Positions 8,042-15,468 of a stretch of 55,212 nt of DNA are shown here, piece by piece. A model generated the notes under the pieces. That model saw only the letters and a program-made list of their open reading frames with translations. It was not told where the DNA came from and did not search any database. The stretch is taken from the IMG/VR virus record IMGVR_UViG_3300023296_000001; one strand, written 5' to 3'. The stretch is from a virus. The stretch's first letter is position 1, and every line of letters starts with the position of its first letter. The position numbers and the translations under genes were made by a program.

Positions 8042-8236
8042 TTATTTCTCCTTTCGCTCTACTCTAGCTTTAACTCTGTTTTTCTCTAAACTCTCCTTAG
8101 CCTGTTCAATAATATCTAAGCTAAACAATGCCAACGCTGGTAATAAAAACACCAACGCTAAACCTGCATTACCTACATACATTAAACCAAGTCCAGTTGC
8201 TAACGCTGTATAACCTATAGCTGTTTTTGTTCTCAT
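8042..8236 (-). CDS. Small membrane protein (64 aa, two hydrophobic helices)
   Basis: TAIGYTALATGLGLMYVGNAGLALVFLLPALALFSL. Confidence 0.5.
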   Translation of the reverse strand: MRTKTAIGYTALATGLGLMYVGNAGLALVFLLPALALFSLDIIEQAKESLEKNRVKARVERKEK

Positions 8237-8361
8237 GCTGTCACTTCCTTTGCTACGTCGTTTATAATATCCATTAACTCTTCTGCAGATAGTTTTTCTT
8301 TATCACTTTTCAACGGCTTTCCTTCAGGTCTTATTTCTGAAATATCCCTTTCTTCCCTCAT
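8233..8361 (-). CDS. Small ORF (42 aa, MREERDISEIRPEGK...)
   Basis: Below the ORF-track cutoff. ATGA overlaps at both ends couple it to its neighbours. Confidence 0.4.
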   Translation of the reverse strand: MREERDISEIRPEGKPLKSDKEKLSAEELMDIINDVAKEVTA

Positions 8362-8795
8362 GCTGTAACTCCTTGTATCTCTGGACTCCAGTTTTTGACG
8401 TCCGTTCTGTTTTTACATTTACCATTTGAGCAACACCTAAAATACTTTTTCCCATCTGGTCTGCTCATGATGATTAACTTTAAATAACCGCTGCCACATT
8501 TATGACAATTCCATTTATCCTTAAGCTCTTGTAACGGCGTCTCTTGACTCTTTTTAATCTCCGAAACTTTTGGTTTATTCTTATTATTAAAATACCTCAC
8601 AACGTCTTCAACTGGTATGTCAGAAAGTTCATCATTTACATATACAATACTACTGTCAAAACCTTGTTGAAGCGTCTTAAGGTCTGTTAACAATCTACTA
8701 ATTTTTTTATCTTTTTGATTCAATTTTGATTTAAGAGATGATATCGTCTGCTTTAACGCTTGCACATCACCCCTAATATTATCTTTATTTCTCAA
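8358..8795 (-). CDS. Coiled-coil plus zinc-ribbon protein (145 aa, TTG start)
   Basis: CHKCGSG...CCSNGKCKN. AAAGGA lies 5 nt upstream of TTG. Confidence 0.5.
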   Translation of the reverse strand: MRNKDNIRGDVQALKQTISSLKSKLNQKDKKISRLLTDLKTLQQGFDSSIVYVNDELSDIPVEDVVRYFNNKNKPKVSEIKKSQETPLQELKDKWNCHKCGSGYLKLIIMSRPDGKKYFRCCSNGKCKNRTDVKNWSPEIQGVTA

Positions 8796-8806
8796 GTGAT
8801 TCCTTT

Positions 8807-9547
8807 TTAGTTAACTGTAATAATATCACCATTTTGATCAATCTTAAAGCTACATCGAAAGCCGTCAGTAGTTGTATAAGCTACATTAGGACTTAACACA
8901 CTTAAAAATTCCCTACTACCGCTAGCCTTATAATATGCTACCACTTGCGAACCAAATTTTATCAACACTTCATCAGCTCCTAGAGCGTCTCCACAAGGAT
9001 TCAAAATCTCAACACTACTAGATGCAACCACTCTTTGAAGTCTTCTAATAGCTCTTTCAGAGCGTTGCAACCGTCTTAGTATTTTAGTAGTTTTTCTACT
9101 TAATTTGTTTACTCTTTTACTAACTTTTTTAAGTTTTCTATAATTACGCCTTACAAAACCTTCTAAATCTTCCAAATCTCCCTCTAATGATTCAATTCCA
9201 TCACTGTTTGAATCAACATCTGATTCTAAATTACTAATATCTAACCGTACAGCCTCCAACACTCTATTAATTTGCTCAATATCGTCGCCATTAGCGGCAA
9301 TGTTAGAAGCGTTTAAGTCGATCAATTGAAACTGCAACTCATTTGCAAACTCTAAAAGCTCAATTCGTTCTGCATGTTCATCTAGTCTTTGATCCTGTTT
9401 TGTATCGTTATTATGATCATCTCCTGATATTGCTTTAACTATTTTTCTTGGAACTTTAAAAACTGCCCCAACTAATTTAGTTCCATCATTTTTAATATCA
9501 CAACCTACTAAGGTTAGCACTGCTAATGTTAATACTACTTTTTTCAT
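8807..9547 (-). CDS. Putative lipoprotein with coiled-coil region (246 aa)
   Basis: Signal peptide with lipobox LVGC (MKKVVLTLAVLTLVGCD). Confidence 0.6.
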   Translation of the reverse strand: MKKVVLTLAVLTLVGCDIKNDGTKLVGAVFKVPRKIVKAISGDDHNNDTKQDQRLDEHAERIELLEFANELQFQLIDLNASNIAANGDDIEQINRVLEAVRLDISNLESDVDSNSDGIESLEGDLEDLEGFVRRNYRKLKKVSKRVNKLSRKTTKILRRLQRSERAIRRLQRVVASSSVEILNPCGDALGADEVLIKFGSQVVAYYKASGSREFLSVLSPNVAYTTTDGFRCSFKIDQNGDIITVN

Positions 9548-9626
9548 GTTCGAATTCCTTAAGTTGAAGCCATGATAATCATGACTAATATTATTATTAC
9601 TATCACACTTTCATATTCAAAATGCA

Positions 9627-10061
9627 TTACAAGTACTTCTTTACTTTCTTTAAATAGTTTATCACACTTGGCAAATTAATGCAAGCTTTTCTAGTTCCGC
9701 AATTATAACGCATAATCGCTTCCTCTAGTGGGTAAGTCTTATAAAACCACGAGAAGACTTTAAAACCTGCCTCTGTACTGTAATTTGTATCGATCAATAG
9801 CTTTTGCCTATCAAGCTTATACGCTTTAATATTGAATTCATTTATTTGAAATAGACCATAATCAGATGATCGCTCATTAACAGCTCCAACATTATAAGAT
9901 GATTCTACCCTAGCAATAGCTGCCATAATGTTACCAGGAATGCCGTAAGTCTCACTATGTTCCGAGATTGCAGTAGTAATTTCAAATGCTTTATCTCTAT
10001 TAATATTTGGTTTGTTCATAACTATTTGAGTCATTAAAACCGTCAATGCTAACATGCTCAT
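9627..10061 (-). CDS. Lytic transglycosylase (SLT domain) with hydrophobic N-terminus
   Basis: AIARVESSYNVGAV...DYGLFQIN matches the SLT E-S / GLxQ motifs. Confidence 0.7.
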   Translation of the reverse strand: MSMLALTVLMTQIVMNKPNINRDKAFEITTAISEHSETYGIPGNIMAAIARVESSYNVGAVNERSSDYGLFQINEFNIKAYKLDRQKLLIDTNYSTEAGFKVFSWFYKTYPLEEAIMRYNCGTRKACINLPSVINYLKKVKKYL

Positions 10062-10264
10062 TTTTTACTCCACTCACATCTTTCACCCATTGCTACTGAA
10101 TAACTGTCTTGATGTTCCCCTGAATATTTAGGGCTCATATATTTATCTATATACAACATAGCATAATGAGCGAGTTGTTCAGCTTGTACCATGTTTAGTG
10201 CTAAATGCTCATCTCTCTTAACTAAATACCTAGACAAACCTTTCTTTACTTTATCCCTGTTCAT
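10058..10264 (-). CDS. Hypothetical protein (68 aa)
   Basis: ORF with ATGA overlap to 9627-10061. Confidence 0.5.
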   Translation of the reverse strand: MNRDKVKKGLSRYLVKRDEHLALNMVQAEQLAHYAMLYIDKYMSPKYSGEHQDSYSVAMGERCEWSKK

Positions 10265-10371
10265 TTTTCCCCCTTACTAGTTCCGACTAAATCCATGATA
10301 GCTTTAAACAACTCATCATCTGTTAATGTTCCGAATATTTTTTTGCTCTCATCGTTTGTTGTTTTAGTCAT
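10261..10371 (-). CDS. Small ORF (36 aa, MTKTTNDESKKIFGTL...)
   Basis: Below the cutoff. It sits directly behind promoter cassette 5 and has an ATGA overlap with 10264. Confidence 0.45.
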   Translation of the reverse strand: MTKTTNDESKKIFGTLTDDELFKAIMDLVGTSKGEK

Positions 10372-10388
10372 GTTATCCCCTTTTTAAT

Positions 10389-10417
10389 ATTATACTACAA
10401 GCGCTTATAAATGTCAA
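10389..10417 (-). promoter_or_regulatory. Early promoter cassette 5: TTGACA-N17-TATAAT
   Basis: -35 at 10417-10412, -10 at 10394-10389 (minus strand). Confidence 0.65.
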
Positions 10418-10420
10418 GCA

Positions 10421-10768
10421 TTAAATCAACTCTTGACTATTAATAATATCTAATAAATCTTGCTCACAATCTTCAATGTCTTGATCTACTTCATATCTAT
10501 TAGCACAATATGCAACCAACTGAGTTAAATCAATCCCAACCGTTGGCTTATAATAAGTTCTAAAATCTAAAAAACACGATTCAGCTGCAACAATATTAGG
10601 CTTATATCTTAAATCACAAAACGCAGCCGCCTTTTGAAAGTCAGGCTCTAGTGATATTCTCTCAGGCGCTTCTACCTTTGCCGTTGCTTCCCCTTCTAAT
10701 TCATGTTTAAATTTGCCACAGCTAGCAGTGATTAATATTAGTAAAAATAAGATTATAAATTGTCTCAT
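10421..10768 (-). CDS. Putative lipoprotein (115 aa)
   Basis: MRQFIILFLLILITASCGK: signal peptide plus lipobox. Confidence 0.6.
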   Translation of the reverse strand: MRQFIILFLLILITASCGKFKHELEGEATAKVEAPERISLEPDFQKAAAFCDLRYKPNIVAAESCFLDFRTYYKPTVGIDLTQLVAYCANRYEVDQDIEDCEQDLLDIINSQELI

Positions 10769-10912
10769 GATACCGCCTTAATTAATATCTTGACTATTGA
10801 CCTACGTGGGCATTTTTCTGCAACCATTACTAATTTAATATATCTATCTACATCAAGCGCCCCTATTATAAGATAATTATATGTTACTTTTTGACTAGTA
10901 GTTATTTTTAGA

Positions 10913-11107
10913 TTATAGTTCATGGTTAAATACTCCTAGAATTTTATTAAATGTTCTATCACTTTCCTTTTCTAACCTGTCCCATAATATCGCTTGCAAT
11001 TCAGACTTATAAGGTTCATAGTCTTTGCCGTCTACACCCCTACAATAAGGATCTTCTAGTATTTCTTTAATTTTCCAAGTAGGAATAAATTTTAATTGTT
11101 TCATCAT
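10913..11107 (-). CDS. Hypothetical protein (64 aa)
   Basis: ORF coupled to the upstream micro-ORF by ATGA. Confidence 0.5.
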   Translation of the reverse strand: MMKQLKFIPTWKIKEILEDPYCRGVDGKDYEPYKSELQAILWDRLEKESDRTFNKILGVFNHEL

Positions 11108-11175
11108 GATACCACCTGAGTTAAAATTGCCGCTAAAATAAACACACTTAAAATAATTAACATGTATAAAACCAT
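11104..11175 (-). CDS. Hydrophobic micro-ORF (23 aa, MVLYMLIILSVFILAAILTQVVS)
   Basis: TAATG overlap upstream and ATGA overlap downstream. Confidence 0.35.
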   Translation of the reverse strand: MVLYMLIILSVFILAAILTQVVS

Positions 11176-11240
11176 TATAACCCCAATTCGTCTTTAAAAA
11201 CGCTCATTAATAATATAACTATCATAAAAAATACAACCAT
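11175..11240 (-). CDS. Hydrophobic micro-ORF (21 aa, MVVFFMIVILLMSVFKDELGL)
   Basis: TAATG overlaps on both sides. Homologous to the plus-strand micro-ORF at 35217-35285. Confidence 0.45.
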   Translation of the reverse strand: MVVFFMIVILLMSVFKDELGL

Positions 11241-11530
11241 TACGCCACCTCTAATATCATATTATCTTCAAAGTCAAGCGTTACCCTTGGCGTTTTAACG
11301 TACCACTTAAAATCTTTTTGAAATACTCTATAACCTGAGGGCAGTAGATCATTCATACAATTTTTAGTGTGGTTAGTTTTAAAGCCGCTAGTGTTTAATC
11401 TTACTTCATTTTCACAACGATGATAAATCACAGTATCATATAATTGAGCAATAGTATTTTTAACTGACTCCATGTTTAAGTCGGTTAAGTAAGTTGTAAC
11501 TAAGTTTAAACCTTTTCTTTGTTTTGTCAT
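11240..11530 (-). CDS. Early hypothetical protein (96 aa)
   Basis: ORF behind promoter/leader cassette 4. Confidence 0.6.
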   Translation of the reverse strand: MTKQRKGLNLVTTYLTDLNMESVKNTIAQLYDTVIYHRCENEVRLNTSGFKTNHTKNCMNDLLPSGYRVFQKDFKWYVKTPRVTLDFEDNMILEVA

Positions 11531-11561
11531 GTTAATCCTTTGGTTGTTAAGTTCTTAATTA

Positions 11562-11590
11562 AGTATAATACAAGCGCTTAATCATGTCAA
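11562..11590 (-). promoter_or_regulatory. Early promoter cassette 4: TTGACA-N17-TATACT plus conserved leader
   Basis: -35 at 11590-11585, -10 at 11567-11562. Leader TAATTAAGAACTTAACAACCAAAGGATTAACATG. Confidence 0.7.
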
Positions 11591-11598
11591 GCATTAAT

Positions 11599-11880
11599 CT
11601 AATAAGATTGAATGATAATCATAGTCCTACCAGGAACTTCAAGCACAATAGTATTATCTCTCAATTCATCAATAGAATCAAGCCCATATTGCTCTAAAAA
11701 ATACTCTGGTTCATCTTCTACGAAGTCACAATCTAAAGCTATAACGTCAAGCTCCGAATCTGGAGAAACTTCCTCAATGAAGTCATACAATGCGCCTAAT
11801 CCTTCATAACTCCATGATTCATGTCTATTTTGATCTCTAAATGCGTCTCTAAAATCGTTCTTCGTAATTGTACTAATCAT
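11599..11880 (-). CDS. Early acidic hypothetical protein (93 aa)
   Basis: ORF behind cassette 3. Confidence 0.6.
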   Translation of the reverse strand: MISTITKNDFRDAFRDQNRHESWSYEGLGALYDFIEEVSPDSELDVIALDCDFVEDEPEYFLEQYGLDSIDELRDNTIVLEVPGRTMIIIQSY

Positions 11881-11911
11881 GTTAATCCTTTGGTTGTTTT
11901 GTTCTTAATTA

Positions 11912-11940
11912 AGTATATTACATCTATCGACATATGTCAA
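11912..11940 (-). promoter_or_regulatory. Early promoter cassette 3: TTGACA-N17-TATACT plus conserved leader
   Basis: -35 at 11940-11935, -10 at 11917-11912. Confidence 0.7.
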
Positions 11941-11953
11941 GCAAACTTTAACA

Positions 11954-12178
11954 CTATTCTAAATATAATTCTCTTATAGTAACCTCTTCAAGTTTTGTTA
12001 AACTATTAAGAGCTGCGTCTATTTTTTTAGTATCTACCACATTATAAGTATTATAAACTTCATAACAAAACCCATTAGGATTTGGAGCAAGCCCGTAGCT
12101 TACCAATTCAATATCACCTACGTCCGTTTCTAACAAGTCAATAAGTTTTAATACGTTTGGGGTTAATTTATCAGTCAT
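11954..12178 (-). CDS. Early hypothetical protein (74 aa)
   Basis: ORF behind cassette 2. Confidence 0.6.
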   Translation of the reverse strand: MTDKLTPNVLKLIDLLETDVGDIELVSYGLAPNPNGFCYEVYNTYNVVDTKKIDAALNSLTKLEEVTIRELYLE

Positions 12179-12209
12179 GTTAATCCTTTTGTTGTTTTGT
12201 TCTTAATTA

Positions 12210-12238
12210 ATTATACTATATTCATCGACATATGTCAA
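12210..12238 (-). promoter_or_regulatory. Early promoter cassette 2: TTGACA-N17-TATAAT (perfect consensus) plus conserved leader
   Basis: -35 at 12238-12233, -10 at 12215-12210. Confidence 0.75.
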
Positions 12239-12241
12239 CAA

Positions 12242-12463
12242 TTATTTAGCATTATTTTTAAATATCTTAACATCTTTCAACTTACTAATCCTATCAACTA
12301 ATAAAGGACACTCAACGTCAACAAAAAGCGCTGGCTTTCCATTAACATTGAGCGCCTTAACAGCACATTTTAACTCCTGATTACAATATAAGAAGAGAAG
12401 TTTTTGCCGATCCTGATCAGCGTAATAATCTTGAGTAGTAAATGTAGTTACAATTAAACTCAT
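12242..12463 (-). CDS. Early hypothetical protein (73 aa)
   Basis: ORF with TAATG coupling to 12463-12633. Confidence 0.55.
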   Translation of the reverse strand: MSLIVTTFTTQDYYADQDRQKLLFLYCNQELKCAVKALNVNGKPALFVDVECPLLVDRISKLKDVKIFKNNAK

Positions 12464-12633
12464 TATAAACTTCCTTTTAGTTTTTTAGCCTTAGAAACGC
12501 AAGATCTTGCTGCGACTAAATAGTGAATAAGACGCGTAGCTTTCGCTAGCATAAGATAGGATTTTGCCTGACCTAGTATTGATGCAATTTTTTCATCGTT
12601 TACAAGTTCCTGCATGTTTATAATTTGTGTCAT
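12463..12633 (-). CDS. First early ORF (56 aa, MTQIINMQELVNDEK...)
   Basis: Below the ORF-track cutoff. It sits directly behind cassette 1 with the conserved leader. Confidence 0.55.
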   Translation of the reverse strand: MTQIINMQELVNDEKIASILGQAKSYLMLAKATRLIHYLVAARSCVSKAKKLKGSL

Positions 12634-12665
12634 GATAATCCCTTTGGTTGTTTTGTTCTTAATTA

Positions 12666-12694
12666 ATCATACTAAACATATCGGCACACGTCAA
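12666..12694 (-). promoter_or_regulatory. Early promoter cassette 1: TTGACG-N17-TATGAT plus conserved leader
   Basis: -35 at 12694-12689, -10 at 12671-12666. Confidence 0.65.
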
Positions 12695-12806
12695 GCATTA
12701 TTTAGCATTATCTTAATTTAATTCATGATATATTTTGCCTATCAACTTTAAGTTCCAATAGTTTTATACTATTATATAACAAGATAAACAAAACCGTAAA
12801 TGGGAC

Positions 12807-13295
12807 GTGAATATGTATTATAAAGGTGGTAGACAATACCGAGCACTAAGAAAAGGATTTACCGAGCATGGAAAACCCTTTTGGCGCAAGCAAACCTTTA
12901 TAGACTTACAAAACAAATGGTACGAAAAACTAAAATCTAAGGGCTTCAATGACCTCGAACATCTTGACAAAAAGTCAGGTGCCGGTCAAGATACGCCTTT
13001 TTTAGCCGGAAATGTGTCAAATTTAGTCCAATCTTACGACCCTTTGGTAGAAAACTACTTCAGAAGCTGCCGAAATTACTTACATTATGCCAAATTCCCT
13101 TCAAAAGCTCATAAAGTCATGTGGGAATGCTTTTGCGAGGGCTATTCTTACCGCCAAATGATACCGATCATTAAGAAGAAAGCCAAGATAAGCCGCTCAG
13201 TCTTCTGGATAAGCGACCACCTCAACAAGCTTAAGCGTGCTATGGTAGAATTCAACCTCAATGATCCAGAAAGGTTTATAGATGAAGATGAATAG
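12807..13295 (+). CDS. HTH protein with sigma-70 region-4-like C-terminus (late regulator or small-terminase candidate)
   Basis: First gene of the plus arm (GTG 12807 or ATG 12813). VMWECFCEGYSYRQMIPIIKKKAKISRSVFWISDHLNKLKRAM resembles an ECF-sigma region 4 / LuxR-type HTH. Confidence 0.35.
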   Translation: MNMYYKGGRQYRALRKGFTEHGKPFWRKQTFIDLQNKWYEKLKSKGFNDLEHLDKKSGAGQDTPFLAGNVSNLVQSYDPLVENYFRSCRNYLHYAKFPSKAHKVMWECFCEGYSYRQMIPIIKKKAKISRSVFWISDHLNKLKRAMVEFNLNDPERFIDEDE

Positions 13296-13731
13296 CCAAG
13301 CTTCCCAAGCTTCCCAAGCTTCCCAAGCTTCCCAAGCTTCCCAAGCTTCCCAAGCTTCCCAAGCTTCTCAAGCTTCCCAAGCTTCTCAAGCTTCTCAAGC
13401 TTCCCAAGCTTCCCAAGCTTCCCAAGCGCTTACAAAGCCTTTCAACCCCCCCACCCCAAAATCCGAAAACCCTAGGTTCCCTCTATATGAGTTAAAGAGT
13501 AATAATAAAAAACTATATTTACACACTGCTTATGCCCCCTCCCCCTGTTTAGGTTCCGTCTTAACGTCATTACAACCACTTAGGGTACCTACCCCCAAAA
13601 AAATTTTACAGCCCAAATATGTAAAAGCAGCTAACCCATTGATATCACATAAACACGGAGCTAACAACACCTACATAGTTAAGAAAGCAATAAGAAACCA
13701 AAAGCAACCCAAGGAAACGCAAAATGACTGA
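13282..13731 (+). CDS. Pro-rich basic protein with an N-terminal (Gln-Ala-Ser)x14 tract
   Basis: 150-codon open frame in AT-rich DNA, overlapping both neighbours. Confidence 0.5.
   Translation: MKMNSQASQASQASQASQASQASQASQASQASQASQASQASQASQASQALTKPFNPPTPKSENPRFPLYELKSNNKKLYLHTAYAPSPCLGSVLTSLQPLRVPTPKKILQPKYVKAANPLISHKHGANNTYIVKKAIRNQKQPKETQND
13297..13422 (+). repeat. 14 tandem 9-bp units caagcttc[ct], each containing a HindIII site AAGCTT
   Basis: Read directly. A degenerate 15th unit, caagcgctt, follows. Confidence 0.95.
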
Positions 13732-14173
13732 CAAACACAAACCAGCCTCCACGCTGGAAGATCTAAACATCCAATACAACATCATATGCGCCAAGCTAGG
13801 CGATATAGTGTTCAAACGTAAACAAACTGACGAAGAAATGATACGGCTCGAAACGCTTGACCTAGAGCTTTCAAAGGAGCATGATAATCTCTGCGCCCAG
13901 ATCAACCACATCAACGACATCGCAGGAGAGCTTAAAGCGGCTTCTAAAGCTTCACAAGCCTCACAAGCTAACGAACACACGCCTTCGCCACTAAAGCCCT
14001 TAGAAGAGCTTACAGAGCCTTCTGACGCTACTAAAGCCTACAAAGCCCTAGGTCATGTTAATCTCGCCGCCGAGAACGCTTCTGACGCTTCACAAGCCGA
14101 TATTAGCTCCGCCGAAACCTCCGATACCTCCGACACTTCAAAACTCGAACACGCCTTAAGGATTAACCCATGA
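13724..14173 (+). CDS. Hypothetical acidic Ser/Thr/Asp-rich protein (149 aa)
   Basis: ORF that contains short ASQASQ echoes of the upstream repeat. Confidence 0.55.
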   Translation: MTDKHKPASTLEDLNIQYNIICAKLGDIVFKRKQTDEEMIRLETLDLELSKEHDNLCAQINHINDIAGELKAASKASQASQANEHTPSPLKPLEELTEPSDATKAYKALGHVNLAAENASDASQADISSAETSDTSDTSKLEHALRINP

Positions 14174-14691
14174 AAGAACTACCAATAGTATTGCGCCTAG
14201 CAAACCAAGAAGATGTTGCATTTATATTTAATAGTTGGCTCAAAAGCTACAAAACTTCCAACTTCGCCAAAGGAATAGAACCGACAGTATTTTACTCCGA
14301 GCATCATAAACTATTAGAGCGATTATTGAAAAACTATGATACTATCATCGCTTGCTCACCAGACGACTCGACGCAAATCTACGGATTCATCAACGGCGGA
14401 TACACCGACAACTTCTTCACCCTTAACTACGTATATGTCAAACACACATTCCGTCGCATGGGAATCGCAAAATCTCTATTCAACGGATTTGTACATGAAC
14501 CAGGAGCAGTAGGATTATTCACCCATTTAAATCATATCTCATCCAAGCTATCGCAAAAATACAACATGATGTACCATCCTTATATCATGTTCAATTTGCA
14601 AGACTTCGAAATTACCAAAAACACCGACGTAGAACTCGAAGCTAAAAGATCCGCCTTAAGCCCAAAACAGCAAGAAGCGTCAAATGAGTAA
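14170..14691 (+). CDS. GNAT-family N-acetyltransferase
   Basis: YVYVKHTFRRMGIAKSLF fits the GNAT motif A (R/Q-x-x-G-x-A/G). Confidence 0.6.
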   Translation: MKELPIVLRLANQEDVAFIFNSWLKSYKTSNFAKGIEPTVFYSEHHKLLERLLKNYDTIIACSPDDSTQIYGFINGGYTDNFFTLNYVYVKHTFRRMGIAKSLFNGFVHEPGAVGLFTHLNHISSKLSQKYNMMYHPYIMFNLQDFEITKNTDVELEAKRSALSPKQQEASNE

Positions 14692-15037
14692 AGACCCAAA
14701 ACGCCGAATAGTCGTCGACGGCGACCGTCCTAAAGCAGTACCAAAAGCGCTCAATCTAGAGTCCCTACTTTCAGACGCCATGACAATCATAGCAAACGAG
14801 TTATCCAGCTACCGAGCTAAAACAGACCGAGGAATATATTTAGATCTTAAAGAAGCTAGAGCAGTTCAAGGTTATATGACCTCCCTAGCTCAAATGCATA
14901 AAGCAGCTACCGAATCCGCAGAAAAACAACGTAAAGAGCTCTTAGAGCATTTATCAGACAAAGAACTACTAGAAGTAGCTCAAAAACAACTTAAAGACGA
15001 CGAGGAGGTTATAGATGTCAAACCCAGAAAATCTTGA
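14684..15037 (+). CDS. Hypothetical protein (117 aa; weak small-terminase candidate)
   Basis: Basic N-terminus plus helical body, upstream of terL. Position only. Confidence 0.3.
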   Translation: MSKDPKRRIVVDGDRPKAVPKALNLESLLSDAMTIIANELSSYRAKTDRGIYLDLKEARAVQGYMTSLAQMHKAATESAEKQRKELLEHLSDKELLEVAQKQLKDDEEVIDVKPRKS

Positions 15038-15260
15038 ACGCGCAGAACGAGTGCAAATCATGCTAGACATAAGAGCTGCAGTATTCAATCTAGTTGAAAA
15101 AGTATTCGACGAAATCGACGCAGATTTAGAAAACTTTACGTTCACTCAAGATAATGTTAAAATGATCCGTGCTTCAAGAGCCAGACTAACTTTAAAAAGT
15201 ACACGCAAATTAACCCTCGATAGCATTTCAGCGATAGGAGCAGATTATGAGTCAAAGTAG
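15015..15260 (+). CDS. Hypothetical protein (81 aa)
   Basis: ORF overlapping its neighbours. Confidence 0.5.
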   Translation: MSNPENLERAERVQIMLDIRAAVFNLVEKVFDEIDADLENFTFTQDNVKMIRASRARLTLKSTRKLTLDSISAIGADYESK

Positions 15261-15468
15261 TACAGCAGAAGAACTAAAAGAAGTAATAAAGGAAGAAATA
15301 CTTCCAACCGAGCAGGACATTGAAATAGCCATGGCAGTCAAAAGCATCAAAGCCAAATGGAAGAAAACCCTAAAGCCAAAATCAAAAAGCGAGCTTATCG
15401 ACATTATCATACAACTAAGCATCGACGTATCAATACTCAAACAAGAGCTTTCAGAAGGAGAAGAATAA
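15247..15468 (+). CDS. Hypothetical protein (73 aa)
   Basis: ORF with TAATG coupling to 15468. Confidence 0.5.
   Translation: MSQSSTAEELKEVIKEEILPTEQDIEIAMAVKSIKAKWKKTLKPKSKSELIDIIIQLSIDVSILKQELSEGEE

Noticed and set aside
9548-9626. tRNA genes or small ORFs in the remaining intergenic gaps (9548-9626, 10769-10912, 5211-5314, 47513-47631)
   Set aside because: No cloverleaf-compatible T-loop/acceptor sequences (for example GGTTCGAATCC-like) were seen. The ORFs there are under 10 codons or lack starts. Only weak promoter-like strings are present: TTGACA-N18-TACCAT near 5260 and TTGATG-N18-TAGTAA near 10850.
13297-13422. Regular short direct repeats that might be taken for a CRISPR array
   Set aside because: The units are 9 bp and contiguous with no spacers, there are no cas genes, and the array is in frame with an ORF. 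It is a coding microsatellite.
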